DNA of 36,691 nucleotides, from the IMG/VR virus record IMGVR_UViG_3300037602_000179, positions 1 through 36,691 of that record; one strand, given 5' to 3'. The notes below the pieces were generated by a model. The model was not told the DNA's origin, searched no databases, and was given only the letters and a program-made list of their open reading frames with translations. Of this stretch, positions 17,428 through 26,489 are shown piece by piece. Source of the DNA: a virus. Its lineage: Duplodnaviria; Caudoviricetes. The translations under genes were made by a program, and so were the position numbers. Position 1 is the first letter of the stretch. Each line of letters begins with the position of its first letter.

Positions 17428-17724
17428 GTGATGCTGGAGGAAGATTTCAAGCTATTCTTTATAGAGGCTCTTGAGAATGGAGAGATTCCTATCATTAGGT
17501 ATCACGGGGGGTCTCAGCCAGGTAAGCTGAGGCACATTGACCCTAAAACAATTGGAAACGATCGCGTCAGAGCCAAGTGTTTAAATTCTAATGGGATTAG
17601 AACTTTTTTGTATAATAAAATTGAGATAATCGACGATCTGGATCAGGAAGCAGATAAGCGTTTTTACTCTCCCAAGCCAAAGAAAGGTGTGCTAGGTCGA
17701 TTTCTTGACTGGTTGTTTGGTTGA
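17428..17724 (+). CDS. Stand-alone WYL-like domain protein
   Basis: AGGAGG RBS. I.Y.GGSQPG..R.I.P..I....VRA.C..S...RTF...KI pattern resembles the WYL SH3 barrel. Confidence 0.55.
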   Translation: MMLEEDFKLFFIEALENGEIPIIRYHGGSQPGKLRHIDPKTIGNDRVRAKCLNSNGIRTFLYNKIEIIDDLDQEADKRFYSPKPKKGVLGRFLDWLFG

Positions 17725-17765
17725 GAAAAACAAGACCGCCGAGCGGAGGTACCAACTTTCTCGAA

Positions 17766-17794
17766 GATCCCCATCTCAATTAAAGATGGGGATC
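17766..17794. terminator. Hairpin between convergent units, probable bidirectional terminator
   Basis: GATCCCCATCT-CAATTAA-AGATGGGGATC, a perfect 11-bp stem between the WYL-like gene (+) and the integrase unit (-). U tracts are weak. Confidence 0.55.
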
Positions 17795-17887
17795 GAAATT
17801 GCAATCTAAAACACTGGCTCGCACACACCCTTCTCCTTAGTGACTTTCACCTTAACAAGCCCCATCTTCACATCTTGTTCGATATGT

Positions 17888-18100
17888 TTAAGTTTTTTGA
17901 GGATGTTTGAGGGATGTGTTTATTTGATGGGTATATTTCACAACCCCTTTAACAGCAATCTTCATAACTAGGTCAGGGTGATTCTGAACCTCAATATCTT
18001 CTTTAGGTACGCCTGCTGCCAGCAAACCAGATAAGCAATCCTCAATATAATCCATTTGCTCTTTGTGTAAATGAGAGGCTACTTCTTTGGGTGTTTTCAT
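17888..18100 (-). CDS. Hypothetical protein downstream of the integrase
   Basis: 70-aa ORF with ATG and a purine-rich upstream region. Confidence 0.45.
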   Translation of the reverse strand: MKTPKEVASHLHKEQMDYIEDCLSGLLAAGVPKEDIEVQNHPDLVMKIAVKGVVKYTHQINTSLKHPQKT

Positions 18101-18120
18101 TTCTCTATCTCTATATTAAT

Positions 18121-19407
18121 TTATCCGACCTTCTTAGCAGCTCGGATCATTGATATAACATTATCCTCTTGCACCTCATTGGCCAAGATAGCCTCAAGGT
18201 GCCTGCCCCATTGCTCCAGGGCCTTGCGCATCTCTGGTTCGTAATGGTGCCAGTCATAAACTTTATCATTAACTCCGCCGGTTCCTTGGTGATTAAGAAT
18301 CCTGTTTCTTAAATCTTTATCATAACCAAAGGAGCTGAGCTCTGTGTTCATGGTCCTTCTCAAATCGTGAGATGTAAACTTGAAGCCAAGTTCATCTCGC
18401 TTGCGTCTAATAGCCTGAACAACAACGTCATGCTTCATGGGCTCTTTTCCCCCACGCAACGGCGATGGAAAAAGATGCTTCGAATCTCCCGATAGCTCCA
18501 TTGCTCTTTTCACCAGTGAGACTGCTAATGGACTGAGCGGCAGAATGTGAATGCTGCTATTCTTTGTTTCAGGCAAAAAGTAAAGAGGGCGGTCATCCAG
18601 CTTCAGTCGATCTTTAGGCATCTGAACTATTTCTGAGGTACGCTGTCCGGTAACAAGCTCAAGCTTAGCCGCAATAGATGTCAGCTCCGACACATCCTTC
18701 CCTTTGAACCCGTTCCAAAAACGTCTGATCTGGTCGTTATCGAGAACGGTCTCCCTCTCTTCCTCCTTATGCCTCGCCCTGATACCTGAAGCCGGATTAG
18801 TGTTGACGACCAATTCATCCATCCCCCAGTTAAAAATCTGCCTCATCTTTTTCACGACTCTGTTGGACGTGACAAGCGAGCCCTTGTCATAAGTCTTGTC
18901 TCTGATTTTTTTTATGTGCAAGGGTGTGACTTCCATATGATCACCATCAACTCGTTTTTTTCCAATGACGGGGTAAGCGTGATTTTTCATCTGATTTCTA
19001 AAGTCATACATGGTGCGCTCTTTAACACCTCTCTCGACTAAGCTCTGCTTAATGAACAGCTCGACAAGATCTTCAAAGGTCACGCCCTTGTCAGCCCAGA
19101 TGTTTTTAGCGGCCTCTTTTCTTGCCGCCTCATCAGCGGCAGGATCTTGCCCCGAATTAATAGATGCTCTTAATTTGTTATATTCAGACCTGGCTTCCTT
19201 AAGCGAGGTTCCAGGGTAATAGGCAAAGGTGTGTCTGCGCCGAGCTCCGGCCTTGTTCGTGTAAACGATAGAGAAGGCCTTTGATCCTTTATTTACGCGC
19301 AGGCGCATTTTTGCTGATTGAGAATTTGTATCTATATAATCGTTTGAACTTTTACCGTCCTCACACTTGACACGATGAACAAAAGCATCGGTGAAGTTCA
19401 CCTTCAT
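18121..19407 (-). CDS. Tyrosine integrase with N-terminal arm-binding domain (P4-like family)
   Basis: Catalytic residues TGQR, TKN, HDLRR, LNH and VYD. N-terminal LRV...SKAF...Y.....RRR.....YP..SLKEAR arm domain. Adjacent to the tRNA att. Confidence 0.95.
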   Translation of the reverse strand: MKVNFTDAFVHRVKCEDGKSSNDYIDTNSQSAKMRLRVNKGSKAFSIVYTNKAGARRRHTFAYYPGTSLKEARSEYNKLRASINSGQDPAADEAARKEAAKNIWADKGVTFEDLVELFIKQSLVERGVKERTMYDFRNQMKNHAYPVIGKKRVDGDHMEVTPLHIKKIRDKTYDKGSLVTSNRVVKKMRQIFNWGMDELVVNTNPASGIRARHKEEERETVLDNDQIRRFWNGFKGKDVSELTSIAAKLELVTGQRTSEIVQMPKDRLKLDDRPLYFLPETKNSSIHILPLSPLAVSLVKRAMELSGDSKHLFPSPLRGGKEPMKHDVVVQAIRRKRDELGFKFTSHDLRRTMNTELSSFGYDKDLRNRILNHQGTGGVNDKVYDWHHYEPEMRKALEQWGRHLEAILANEVQEDNVISMIRAAKKVG

Positions 19408-19424
19408 AATTACCCCCTAAAATT

Positions 19425-19714
19425 TTTGCGGTACATTTGCGGTACACTACAGACAACGACACCTTTTTACAGCTTTGTACAGAAAACTACAACTCTGGAC
19501 AGTTATGCAAATAAAAACAGTGATTTGCAGGTGTTGTTGATTGTAGGGGGTTGTTGTGCTATGTCAAGTGGACCTATTGCCTTCTAAGCAGTAGGTCCGA
19601 GGTTCGAATCCTCGTGGGATCGCCATTTCTTTTTCAATAAAATCAACAGGTTAGAAGTAAGAACTCTACGGTTTTTACTCTTGGGTCTTGTCTAAATATT
19701 CTCTTGCGGTACAT
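19425..19714. repeat. Integrase arm-type repeats TTGCGGTACA, three copies
   Basis: Tandem TTTGCGGTACA at 19425-19435 and 19436-19446, and TTGCGGTACAT at 19704-19714, flanking the att core. Confidence 0.7.
19576..19625 (+). other. att core: 3' half of tRNA-Arg(TCT) comprising anticodon arm, T arm and 3' acceptor strand with CCA; not an intact tRNA
   Basis: ATTGC-CTTCTAA-GCAGT anticodon arm, CGAGG-TTCGAAT-CCTCG T arm and TGGGATCGCCA end. No 5' acceptor strand or D arm upstream. Confidence 0.9.
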
Positions 19715-19741
19715 CCGAGCCGGATTTTAGCCGTTTTCAGC

Positions 19742-19974
19742 TCATTTTTTATGAATTTCGTTTAGGTCATAGAGTTGCAGCTCTGTCCTCAACCATAATG
19801 ATTTTTGCCCCTTTGTTTTGCCACAGGGGGAAACCATTTTTATTTATCCAGTTGTAGATTGTTGCACAGTGCACATCGCATCTAAAGCATAGAGTCTTCA
19901 TGGGTTTAATAAGGGCTAGCAGTGTGTAGGCCTTTCTCAATTATTTCTGCTTCAATTGCTTCTGCCTGTTCCAT
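19742..19974 (-). pseudogene. Frameshifted AlpA-family / excisionase relic
   Basis: Minus-strand pieces read MEQAEAIEAEIIEK / ...DVHCATIYNWINKNGFP / CGKTKGQKSLWLRTELQLY in successive frames, matching the AlpA pattern TIY.W....FP......G....W...E. Confidence 0.6.
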
Positions 19975-20501
19975 CCCTTTATTCCTTTGATTTAAATTTA
20001 TTTTTGATGAACTTGTAAAATGTATAAACATTCCAACCAATAACGAAGAGAATGAGAATTGCAAAAAACATCATTTTAGTAGGAAATTGAATTACGAATT
20101 CTGGAAATGTTAGGGTTATAAGATCAGGCATGTAGTTTTTCCTTCCTCGACACTTTTTATTTAATTGTGACAGAAATTATAGCCTACCCACTTCTTGCCT
20201 AAGAAGGGTGGTAATTCTGTATATGGTAAGACCAGATCAAAATTTATCATGGGTTGCTGATCTTTTTCTTTTCTCGTTTCCATATTCTCTCTCTTCCTCT
20301 TTACTTTTAGTCTTTGGCTAAATCTTCTTGTTCATGTACAGCTCTCAATGGTCCAAAGAATTTCTTTCTTCCAATGGAAAAGATATTTTGTAATGATTAG
20401 ATGAAAAATATTTTGTTTATTATTCAGGAGTAGGCATGTGAAGCAAACAAATTAGGTTCAATTTGTAAGGCAAAGATTGTTTGTTCCATATCTATAAAAT
20501 T

Positions 20502-22085
20502 ATGGCTGGGAATATCTTTATCAATTATCGACGCGAAGACACACAAGATTTCGCAGATAGTCTTTATGTTCGCTTAGAAAAAGCATTTCCGCGTGAAAAA
20601 ATTTTTATGGATGTTGATAACATTCCTCTGGGGCGTGATTTTGTTGAAGTTCTAGATGAGCAGGTATCAAAATGCGAAGTTTTGTTGGTGGTCATCGGCA
20701 AAAATTGGTTTGGAAAAAAGGAAAAAACTGATCTGCCATCTCGTCTACATGATCCTAAAGATTTTGTCAGGTTAGAAATAAGCGCAGCTTTAGCTCGTAA
20801 CATTCTTGTCATTCCTATATTGGTTCATGGTGCAGAAATGCCCAAAGAAAGCCAGCTGCCTGAAGATCTAAAGTCCCTGGCAAGACGGCACGCCATTCGA
20901 ATTTCCCATGAAGGACGCGGCAGCGATATTGGTCGGCTTGTGACAGAATTGAAAACCATTTTGGGAGATGACCAATCAGCCAGGAAAGCACAAAAACCTA
21001 ACTCTCATCTGATCAAATTAGGAGCTGTAGCCCTATTGGCTTTGGCAGCAGGGGGATGGTTTTTATATGGGTATCAAAAAGGTCAGGAGAATAGCGTCTC
21101 CAACAATGAGCAGGGAAAGCATAAATCACAAGCTGGCTATAAAGATATAAAGACAGTTCCTAATTCAGATGTCTTGAGCCTTCATGTCTCTAAAGATCAA
21201 AAATATTTTGGTCTTATGGGGTATTATGCACAAATTTGGGAATCGAAGACTGGTCGAATGGTGCGCGAAATTCCACGAACGCATAAGAATCTTCCTGGAG
21301 ATATTGTTTTTTCACCTGACTTCAGCACTATCGTCACAACTGGTTGTAATATTTATTCAAACAGTAAGAGCCGGTGTATAGAAGGGGAAGCCAAAATTCG
21401 GGAGTGGAAGAGCTTAAAACTCTTGAGGTCAATAAAAATTCACAAAAAAAATGCCTATGCTCTAGCAATGGCAGTCGATGGAAAATCGTTTTTTACCGCC
21501 GGCTGTGAAGATTACAACGATGAAAAAATTAAATGTGATTTGTTTTATTTAAAGCAATGGGACATCAATTCAGGCCAGCTCATTCAACAGATCAAATTAA
21601 ACAATATTATCTATTCCATCGCTGTCCACCCTAAAGGTGACATCTTATATCTAGGCGGGCTAGCCTCACAAATTGAAATTGTGAATATTAGGCGCGGTAC
21701 AGTGCAGGCAAAATTTTCAGGCTTTAAAGGCAGCATTTATTCTCTAGCACTTTCACAAGATGGTAAGATTCTGGCTGCTGGTGGTGGGGATGATAAGGTT
21801 ATGATTTGGAATGAAAAATATGCTGATCCAGAGATGACTTTATCTGGCCATAAGGATGATGTCATTAGTGTTGATATTTCGCCAGATGGAAAAAAGGTTG
21901 TTTCTGCCAGCCGTGATAGAACTGTTAGAGTCTGGGACCTATCCTCAAAAACATTGATAGATACATTTGAAAATTTTGATAATAACACTCTACATGCTGC
22001 CTTCATCTCAGGTGATAAAAAATTTGTGTCAGTAGAGCAATTCAAAGACTTTACAATTTGGCAAAAAACAACCGGTGAGGAGTAA
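20502..22085 (+). CDS. TIR domain - transmembrane helix - WD40 propeller protein
   Basis: IFINYRRED...IFMDVDNIPLGRDF...DFVRLEI TIR with the catalytic Glu. Hydrophobic LGAVALLALAAGGWFLYG. WD repeats such as GHKDDVISVDISPDGKKVVSASRDRTVRVWD. Confidence 0.9.
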   Translation: MAGNIFINYRREDTQDFADSLYVRLEKAFPREKIFMDVDNIPLGRDFVEVLDEQVSKCEVLLVVIGKNWFGKKEKTDLPSRLHDPKDFVRLEISAALARNILVIPILVHGAEMPKESQLPEDLKSLARRHAIRISHEGRGSDIGRLVTELKTILGDDQSARKAQKPNSHLIKLGAVALLALAAGGWFLYGYQKGQENSVSNNEQGKHKSQAGYKDIKTVPNSDVLSLHVSKDQKYFGLMGYYAQIWESKTGRMVREIPRTHKNLPGDIVFSPDFSTIVTTGCNIYSNSKSRCIEGEAKIREWKSLKLLRSIKIHKKNAYALAMAVDGKSFFTAGCEDYNDEKIKCDLFYLKQWDINSGQLIQQIKLNNIIYSIAVHPKGDILYLGGLASQIEIVNIRRGTVQAKFSGFKGSIYSLALSQDGKILAAGGGDDKVMIWNEKYADPEMTLSGHKDDVISVDISPDGKKVVSASRDRTVRVWDLSSKTLIDTFENFDNNTLHAAFISGDKKFVSVEQFKDFTIWQKTTGEE

Positions 22086-22149
22086 TTAATCAAAGCAAAT
22101 AGAGAACAAAAGCTGACGATAAAATTTTCTTACTTACCTTCCAACGCAA

Positions 22150-23202
22150 TCACTCTCTTCCCCTAACCATCACAGGGGCACCGCCATAAGCCAATAGCGC
22201 ATTCGCATCAGGGGCAATATCTCGAATATTGACCCATTCTTGATGCTCTGATGAAATTTGGTTTTGTACCAGGCGTACAAATGTTAGAACTTTTGACCGA
22301 TCTCCTTGTTGTGCGGCCTCTCGTGCCTCTCCTAACAGGGTTGATTGAATGTGCTCTAAGTTGGCAAGAGTTGTGGCATACCGCGCTGCGTTGCGTTCAT
22401 CCAAATCCATCAAGGAGCGAGCATAATTAGCTGTGTAGATACTAGCAGCAACAATGCCAAATGCCATCACGATGCGTTCATAAGAGCTAAGATTTAAAGC
22501 TGCAGCCCAAGAAGGTAAAGTGATCCAACCTTGCTCAGCTAAAAAATGCAAACTCGCCACTACAGTTATAAGTACCCAGACGCATGTTAAGCCGACACTC
22601 AATAATTTCCAAAGGTTTGTATGCCCGGCAGCTGCAAGATGTTGTGAACCACGTCCTTTATAATAAGCCAGTTGTACATCTAGCTGATAGCGCCGGAAAT
22701 ATTCAAGTTGTAGCGGAAGCAAAGCAGTCTCTTCTGACATGAGCGGTTCATCAGTTTGGACCACCTCATCAAACAATTGAATGCGTGTAATTTCAGCGAT
22801 GCCCCGATTTTCCATCCATTTTTTAAAGGGCTGTTTAATAACGAGCCATTGGGCAATAAGAAAGGCTATGACAAGCAACCCATATTCTACAGCTAAGGCC
22901 AGCCATTTGCTCTCCACACCAAATTTCTCATCTAACCGCAAGACAAGTGCAGTGCCGATGATGGAGGCTAAAGCAATAGCATAAATCCCGGCACGCCCCC
23001 AAAAGCGATACCATTTTTGCGATCGTATGGCTTTGGCATCTGCAGTGTAGAAACGGCTTATGATGTCTTCGATCTTGGGTTGTTCAAGAACACGTTTTAA
23101 GGCACCTGCCTCGGGCGGGAGGTTTCTGGCATGGATCGTCGGGCGTAGCTGCCAATCATCAGATTCGTTTTGACCGACAATGGATATTGGATCTTGAGAC
23201 AT
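22150..23202 (-). CDS. Membrane protein with two SLATT/DUF4231-like 2TM units
   Basis: Two TM hairpins, followed by W...R..AE..R and by RY...L...E...W respectively. Linker Y...L..Q..YY. This is the pattern of tandem SLATT domains. Confidence 0.65.
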   Translation of the reverse strand: MSQDPISIVGQNESDDWQLRPTIHARNLPPEAGALKRVLEQPKIEDIISRFYTADAKAIRSQKWYRFWGRAGIYAIALASIIGTALVLRLDEKFGVESKWLALAVEYGLLVIAFLIAQWLVIKQPFKKWMENRGIAEITRIQLFDEVVQTDEPLMSEETALLPLQLEYFRRYQLDVQLAYYKGRGSQHLAAAGHTNLWKLLSVGLTCVWVLITVVASLHFLAEQGWITLPSWAAALNLSSYERIVMAFGIVAASIYTANYARSLMDLDERNAARYATTLANLEHIQSTLLGEAREAAQQGDRSKVLTFVRLVQNQISSEHQEWVNIRDIAPDANALLAYGGAPVMVRGRE

Positions 23203-23336
23203 AAGAGTTTCTCTTGAAGTAAGCTTACGGAAATCCAGATCTATTCAAGGTTATCAATCTATTTCTGCCTTGTCATAAAACAAATCATCAGTTTTACTAT
23301 TATTGTTTAAAACTGTTGCATTTGAGTGAGGGCGGT

Positions 23337-26300
23337 ATGGCCGAAGGTAAAACGCAAGACGGGCAAGATAACAACCCTGAAAAGCTGAAAGTTTTTATTT
23401 CTTACTCACGGGTTGATGAAAAGTTTGCCGATGAACTCGTTGATGGTTTGAACTTTGATGGCCGCTTTGAAGTAACCATTGATCGCCATTCAATCAAGCA
23501 AGGTGAAAAATGGAAGCCTCGTCTACGTGCATTGATTGAAGCCGCGGACACGGTAGTCTTTATCCTATCGCCAGAGAGTGTCAGTTCTGAAATTTGCCAA
23601 TGGGAAGTGGATGAGGCTGAAAGGCTAAAAAAACGTTTGATTCCAGTATTGTATCGACCGCTTGAAGGGGGAACACCACCAGAGCAATTGGCAGATATAA
23701 ATTATATCGACTTTACTGGTGATGGCACCTTAATGGCGGGTGTTACAAATCTTGTGACCAGCTTAAAAGAAGACTTGAGTTGGTTAAAAGAAAGCACACG
23801 GCTTTTAAATTTGGCACTGGATTGGGAGAGAGCTGAGCGTCGTAATAATCGTTTGCTTTCTGGCCAAGATATAATTGATGCAAAAGCTTGGGTAGATGGC
23901 TGTCCTGAGGATTCTGAGATAACAGAATTACATCGAGATTATATTAAAGCTAGTGAGTTTGAAGAAGAAATACGAAAAGATGAGGAACGCAAGCGTTTAG
24001 AGGAGTTAGCAATCGCTTCAAAAAGAGTTGCTCGCCGCACGACAGTGGGCCTGCTAGCTTCTTTTCTTTTAGCTGGATTGGCAGTCTGGTTTGGTTGGCA
24101 AGCTTATTTGGGAGAACAAAAAGCAGAAAAACAAACAAAAATAGCCACTGAAAAAACCATTGAAGCAGAAAGACAGAGAGAAATAGCTGAGAAAAATAGT
24201 CAGGTTGCTAAATCTGAAAAAGAGAGAGCGAATACGACCTTAAAAGAGTCTCAGCTCTCACAAACAAAATTTTTATCAAAAAGTGCCACTGAGTTAATGA
24301 AACAAAATAGATTTGGATCATTACCAGCTTTACTTGCGCTTGAGGCACTACCGGATCCAAATAGTCAGAATGAGTTAAAACGTAGCCGCCCCTTTTGGTT
24401 GCAAGCGAACAATGCTTTGTTACGTTCAGAGTATTATAATTTAGAAAAAAAGATTTTTTCTGAGCATAAGCATTATGCCATGGATTTAGGCTTTAACGTT
24501 GATGATCATTATATCGTCGTCTCAAAAGACAAGGTTGTGCAACTATGGTCACTAGAAACAGGCAAGGAGCTCAAACGTTTTGAAGGTCACAAAAAATTTG
24601 TCACGAGTGTCGCACTGAGCACTGATGGCCAGTATATTGTCAGCGGGTCTCGGGACAATACTGTCCGGGTCTGGTCCGTCGCTACAGGCAATGAGCTCAA
24701 AAGGTTGCAAGGCCATGAAAATAATGTCACGAGTGTCGCACTGAGCGCTGATGGCCGGTATATTGTAAGTGGGTCTGATGACAAAACTGTCCGGCTTTGG
24801 GATTTTGCTACAGGTGAAGAGCTCAAACGTTTTGAAGAAGATAAATATACCTTCACTAAGGTGGCATTTAGCGCCGATGGTGACCATGTCGTCACCTTAT
24901 CATATGACATGACTGTCAGGCTTTGGTCCATGGCTTCAGGTGAGGAACTCAAACGTTTTAAAGTTTCTGAAAGACTTTCTTCTCTCTCTTCATTGAGTAC
25001 TGATGGCCGTTACATTGTCGTCGCGAAAGATAAGGCCTTGCAACTTTGGTCAATAGAAACTGGTAAAGAGGTGCAACTCTTTGAAGGTCATACAGATGTC
25101 ATCACTAGCATCGCAATGGGTTTAGATAATCGCTATATCATCAGCGGGGCTTGGGATAAAAGCGTAAGACTTTGGTCTGTTGAAACAGGAAAAGAAATTG
25201 CATTATTTGAAGGCCATGAAAGTTCAGTTATCAATGTGGCACTAACAGCTGATGATGGGCATATCGTCAGTTATTCAAGTGATAAAACGATACGAATGTG
25301 GGCTCTAGAAAGAGACCTTAAGAGCAAAAACTTTGAGGATCTTGAAAGTGATATCTATAGTGTCGTCATTAGCGCCGATGGTCGCTATGTCGTTAGTGGA
25401 TCTCTATATGGTACGATACGCCTCCGGTCAGTTTCATCCGGTGAGGAAATTAAACGCTTTAAGGGGCATGAGAGTGCAATTACTAGCTTATCGTTGAGTG
25501 CAGATGGTAAATATGTTGTCAGCGGTTCCTATGACAAGACTGTACGGTTATGGTCGCTAGAAACAGGTGAGGAGCTCAAGCGCTTTAAGGGGCATGAAAA
25601 AACTGTTAAAAGCGTGGCCCTAAGTGCAGATGGTCGCTATATCGTTAGCGGATCAAATGACAACACTGTGCGACTCTGGTCAACGAAAACAGGTCGCGAG
25701 ATTAAACGATTTAAAGGCCATGAATATCCAGTGACCAGCGTGTCCATAAGCGCGGATGGCCGGTATATGGTCAGCGGATCCTATGACAAGACTGTACAGT
25801 TATGGTCACTGGAAACAGGCCAAGAGCTCAAACGGTTTGAAGGCCATGAAAGTGATGTTACCAGTGTAACAATAAGCGCCGATGGTCGATTTATTGTCAG
25901 CGGCTCAAGGGATGAAACAGTACGGCTCTGGTCAACAGAAACAGGTAGAGAATTGAAGCGTTTTATTAACTACCGTTATACTGACACAGATATGCAAAAG
26001 AGGTTTACCAGAATGGTCGTGAGCTTGGCGCTAAGTGCAGATGGCAAGTATCTTTTAACTGGGTTAAGTGATAATTCAGTGCAGCTGTGGTCTGTAGAAA
26101 CGGATATGGTGATAAAAAGCTCATATATTTCAAAAGGCTTGCTAACCAGTGTGGCACTTAGTGCCGATGGACGACATATTGTCAGCGCTTCAAAAGCACA
26201 ACCCACGTTAAATAATAGGACTATACAATACTGGAATGTGCCAGAGTTCGCATTAATAGAAAGAGTACAAAACTCGATGCCAAGGTGTCTTACAAAATCT

Positions 26301-26480
26301 GAACGGTCGAGTTATTTCCTCTCTCTACAACCTCCTAGGTGGTGCATCACGGGGGTAGGGCAAGAAACAGAAAAAGACCCTAGTCTATGGCAACCTAAAT
26401 ACCCTTATCACACTAAGGCCTGGAAAGAGTGGCTCATGGCCAAAGATGCCGGTAAACCGGTCATTATGCCAGCAAAATAA
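23337..26480 (+). CDS. TIR domain - helical linker - transmembrane helix - 14x WD40 protein
   Basis: KVFISYSR...VFILSPESVSSEICQWEV TIR with the catalytic Glu. TM VGLLASFLLAGLAVWFGW. I count 14 WD repeats, mostly 42 aa. ATG 23337 follows GAGGG. Confidence 0.92.
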   Translation: MAEGKTQDGQDNNPEKLKVFISYSRVDEKFADELVDGLNFDGRFEVTIDRHSIKQGEKWKPRLRALIEAADTVVFILSPESVSSEICQWEVDEAERLKKRLIPVLYRPLEGGTPPEQLADINYIDFTGDGTLMAGVTNLVTSLKEDLSWLKESTRLLNLALDWERAERRNNRLLSGQDIIDAKAWVDGCPEDSEITELHRDYIKASEFEEEIRKDEERKRLEELAIASKRVARRTTVGLLASFLLAGLAVWFGWQAYLGEQKAEKQTKIATEKTIEAERQREIAEKNSQVAKSEKERANTTLKESQLSQTKFLSKSATELMKQNRFGSLPALLALEALPDPNSQNELKRSRPFWLQANNALLRSEYYNLEKKIFSEHKHYAMDLGFNVDDHYIVVSKDKVVQLWSLETGKELKRFEGHKKFVTSVALSTDGQYIVSGSRDNTVRVWSVATGNELKRLQGHENNVTSVALSADGRYIVSGSDDKTVRLWDFATGEELKRFEEDKYTFTKVAFSADGDHVVTLSYDMTVRLWSMASGEELKRFKVSERLSSLSSLSTDGRYIVVAKDKALQLWSIETGKEVQLFEGHTDVITSIAMGLDNRYIISGAWDKSVRLWSVETGKEIALFEGHESSVINVALTADDGHIVSYSSDKTIRMWALERDLKSKNFEDLESDIYSVVISADGRYVVSGSLYGTIRLRSVSSGEEIKRFKGHESAITSLSLSADGKYVVSGSYDKTVRLWSLETGEELKRFKGHEKTVKSVALSADGRYIVSGSNDNTVRLWSTKTGREIKRFKGHEYPVTSVSISADGRYMVSGSYDKTVQLWSLETGQELKRFEGHESDVTSVTISADGRFIVSGSRDETVRLWSTETGRELKRFINYRYTDTDMQKRFTRMVVSLALSADGKYLLTGLSDNSVQLWSVETDMVIKSSYISKGLLTSVALSADGRHIVSASKAQPTLNNRTIQYWNVPEFALIERVQNSMPRCLTKSERSSYFLSLQPPRWCITGVGQETEKDPSLWQPKYPYHTKAWKEWLMAKDAGKPVIMPAK
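24440..26240 (+). repeat. 126-bp-period WD40-coding tandem repeats
   Basis: Recurring GAGCTCAA(A/G)CG.TTT.A.GG.CATGA and GC.GATGG.CG.TAT.T.GT.AG.GG motifs at 126-nt spacing. Confidence 0.8.
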
Positions 26481-26489
26481 TATCTAGTC

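Larger units (their letters stand above)
1..19625. mobile_element. Prophage (right part) with Mu-like baseplate and tail module, lysis genes and tyrosine integrase, ending at a tRNA-Arg(TCT) att site; continues left of the window
   Basis: Contiguous, co-oriented baseplate, tail and lysin genes at 1-14862. Integrase at 18121-19407 lies beside a tRNA 3' fragment at 19576-19625. By eye the DNA is more GC-rich than the sequence to the right. Confidence 0.93.

Noticed and set aside
19540-19625. Intact tRNA-Arg gene
   Set aside because: The 5' acceptor strand and D arm are absent. Only the anticodon arm through CCA is present, so it is an att duplication.
20000-20480. Small minus-strand ORF (about 40 aa) and imperfect hairpin near 20185-20212
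   Set aside because: No recognisable motif and a weak stem. It may be decayed element DNA, but no call is supportable.
24440-26240. CRISPR array or DGR-type template/variable repeat
   Set aside because: The repeats are in-frame 126-bp WD40 coding units without unique spacers. No cas or reverse transcriptase gene is in the window.
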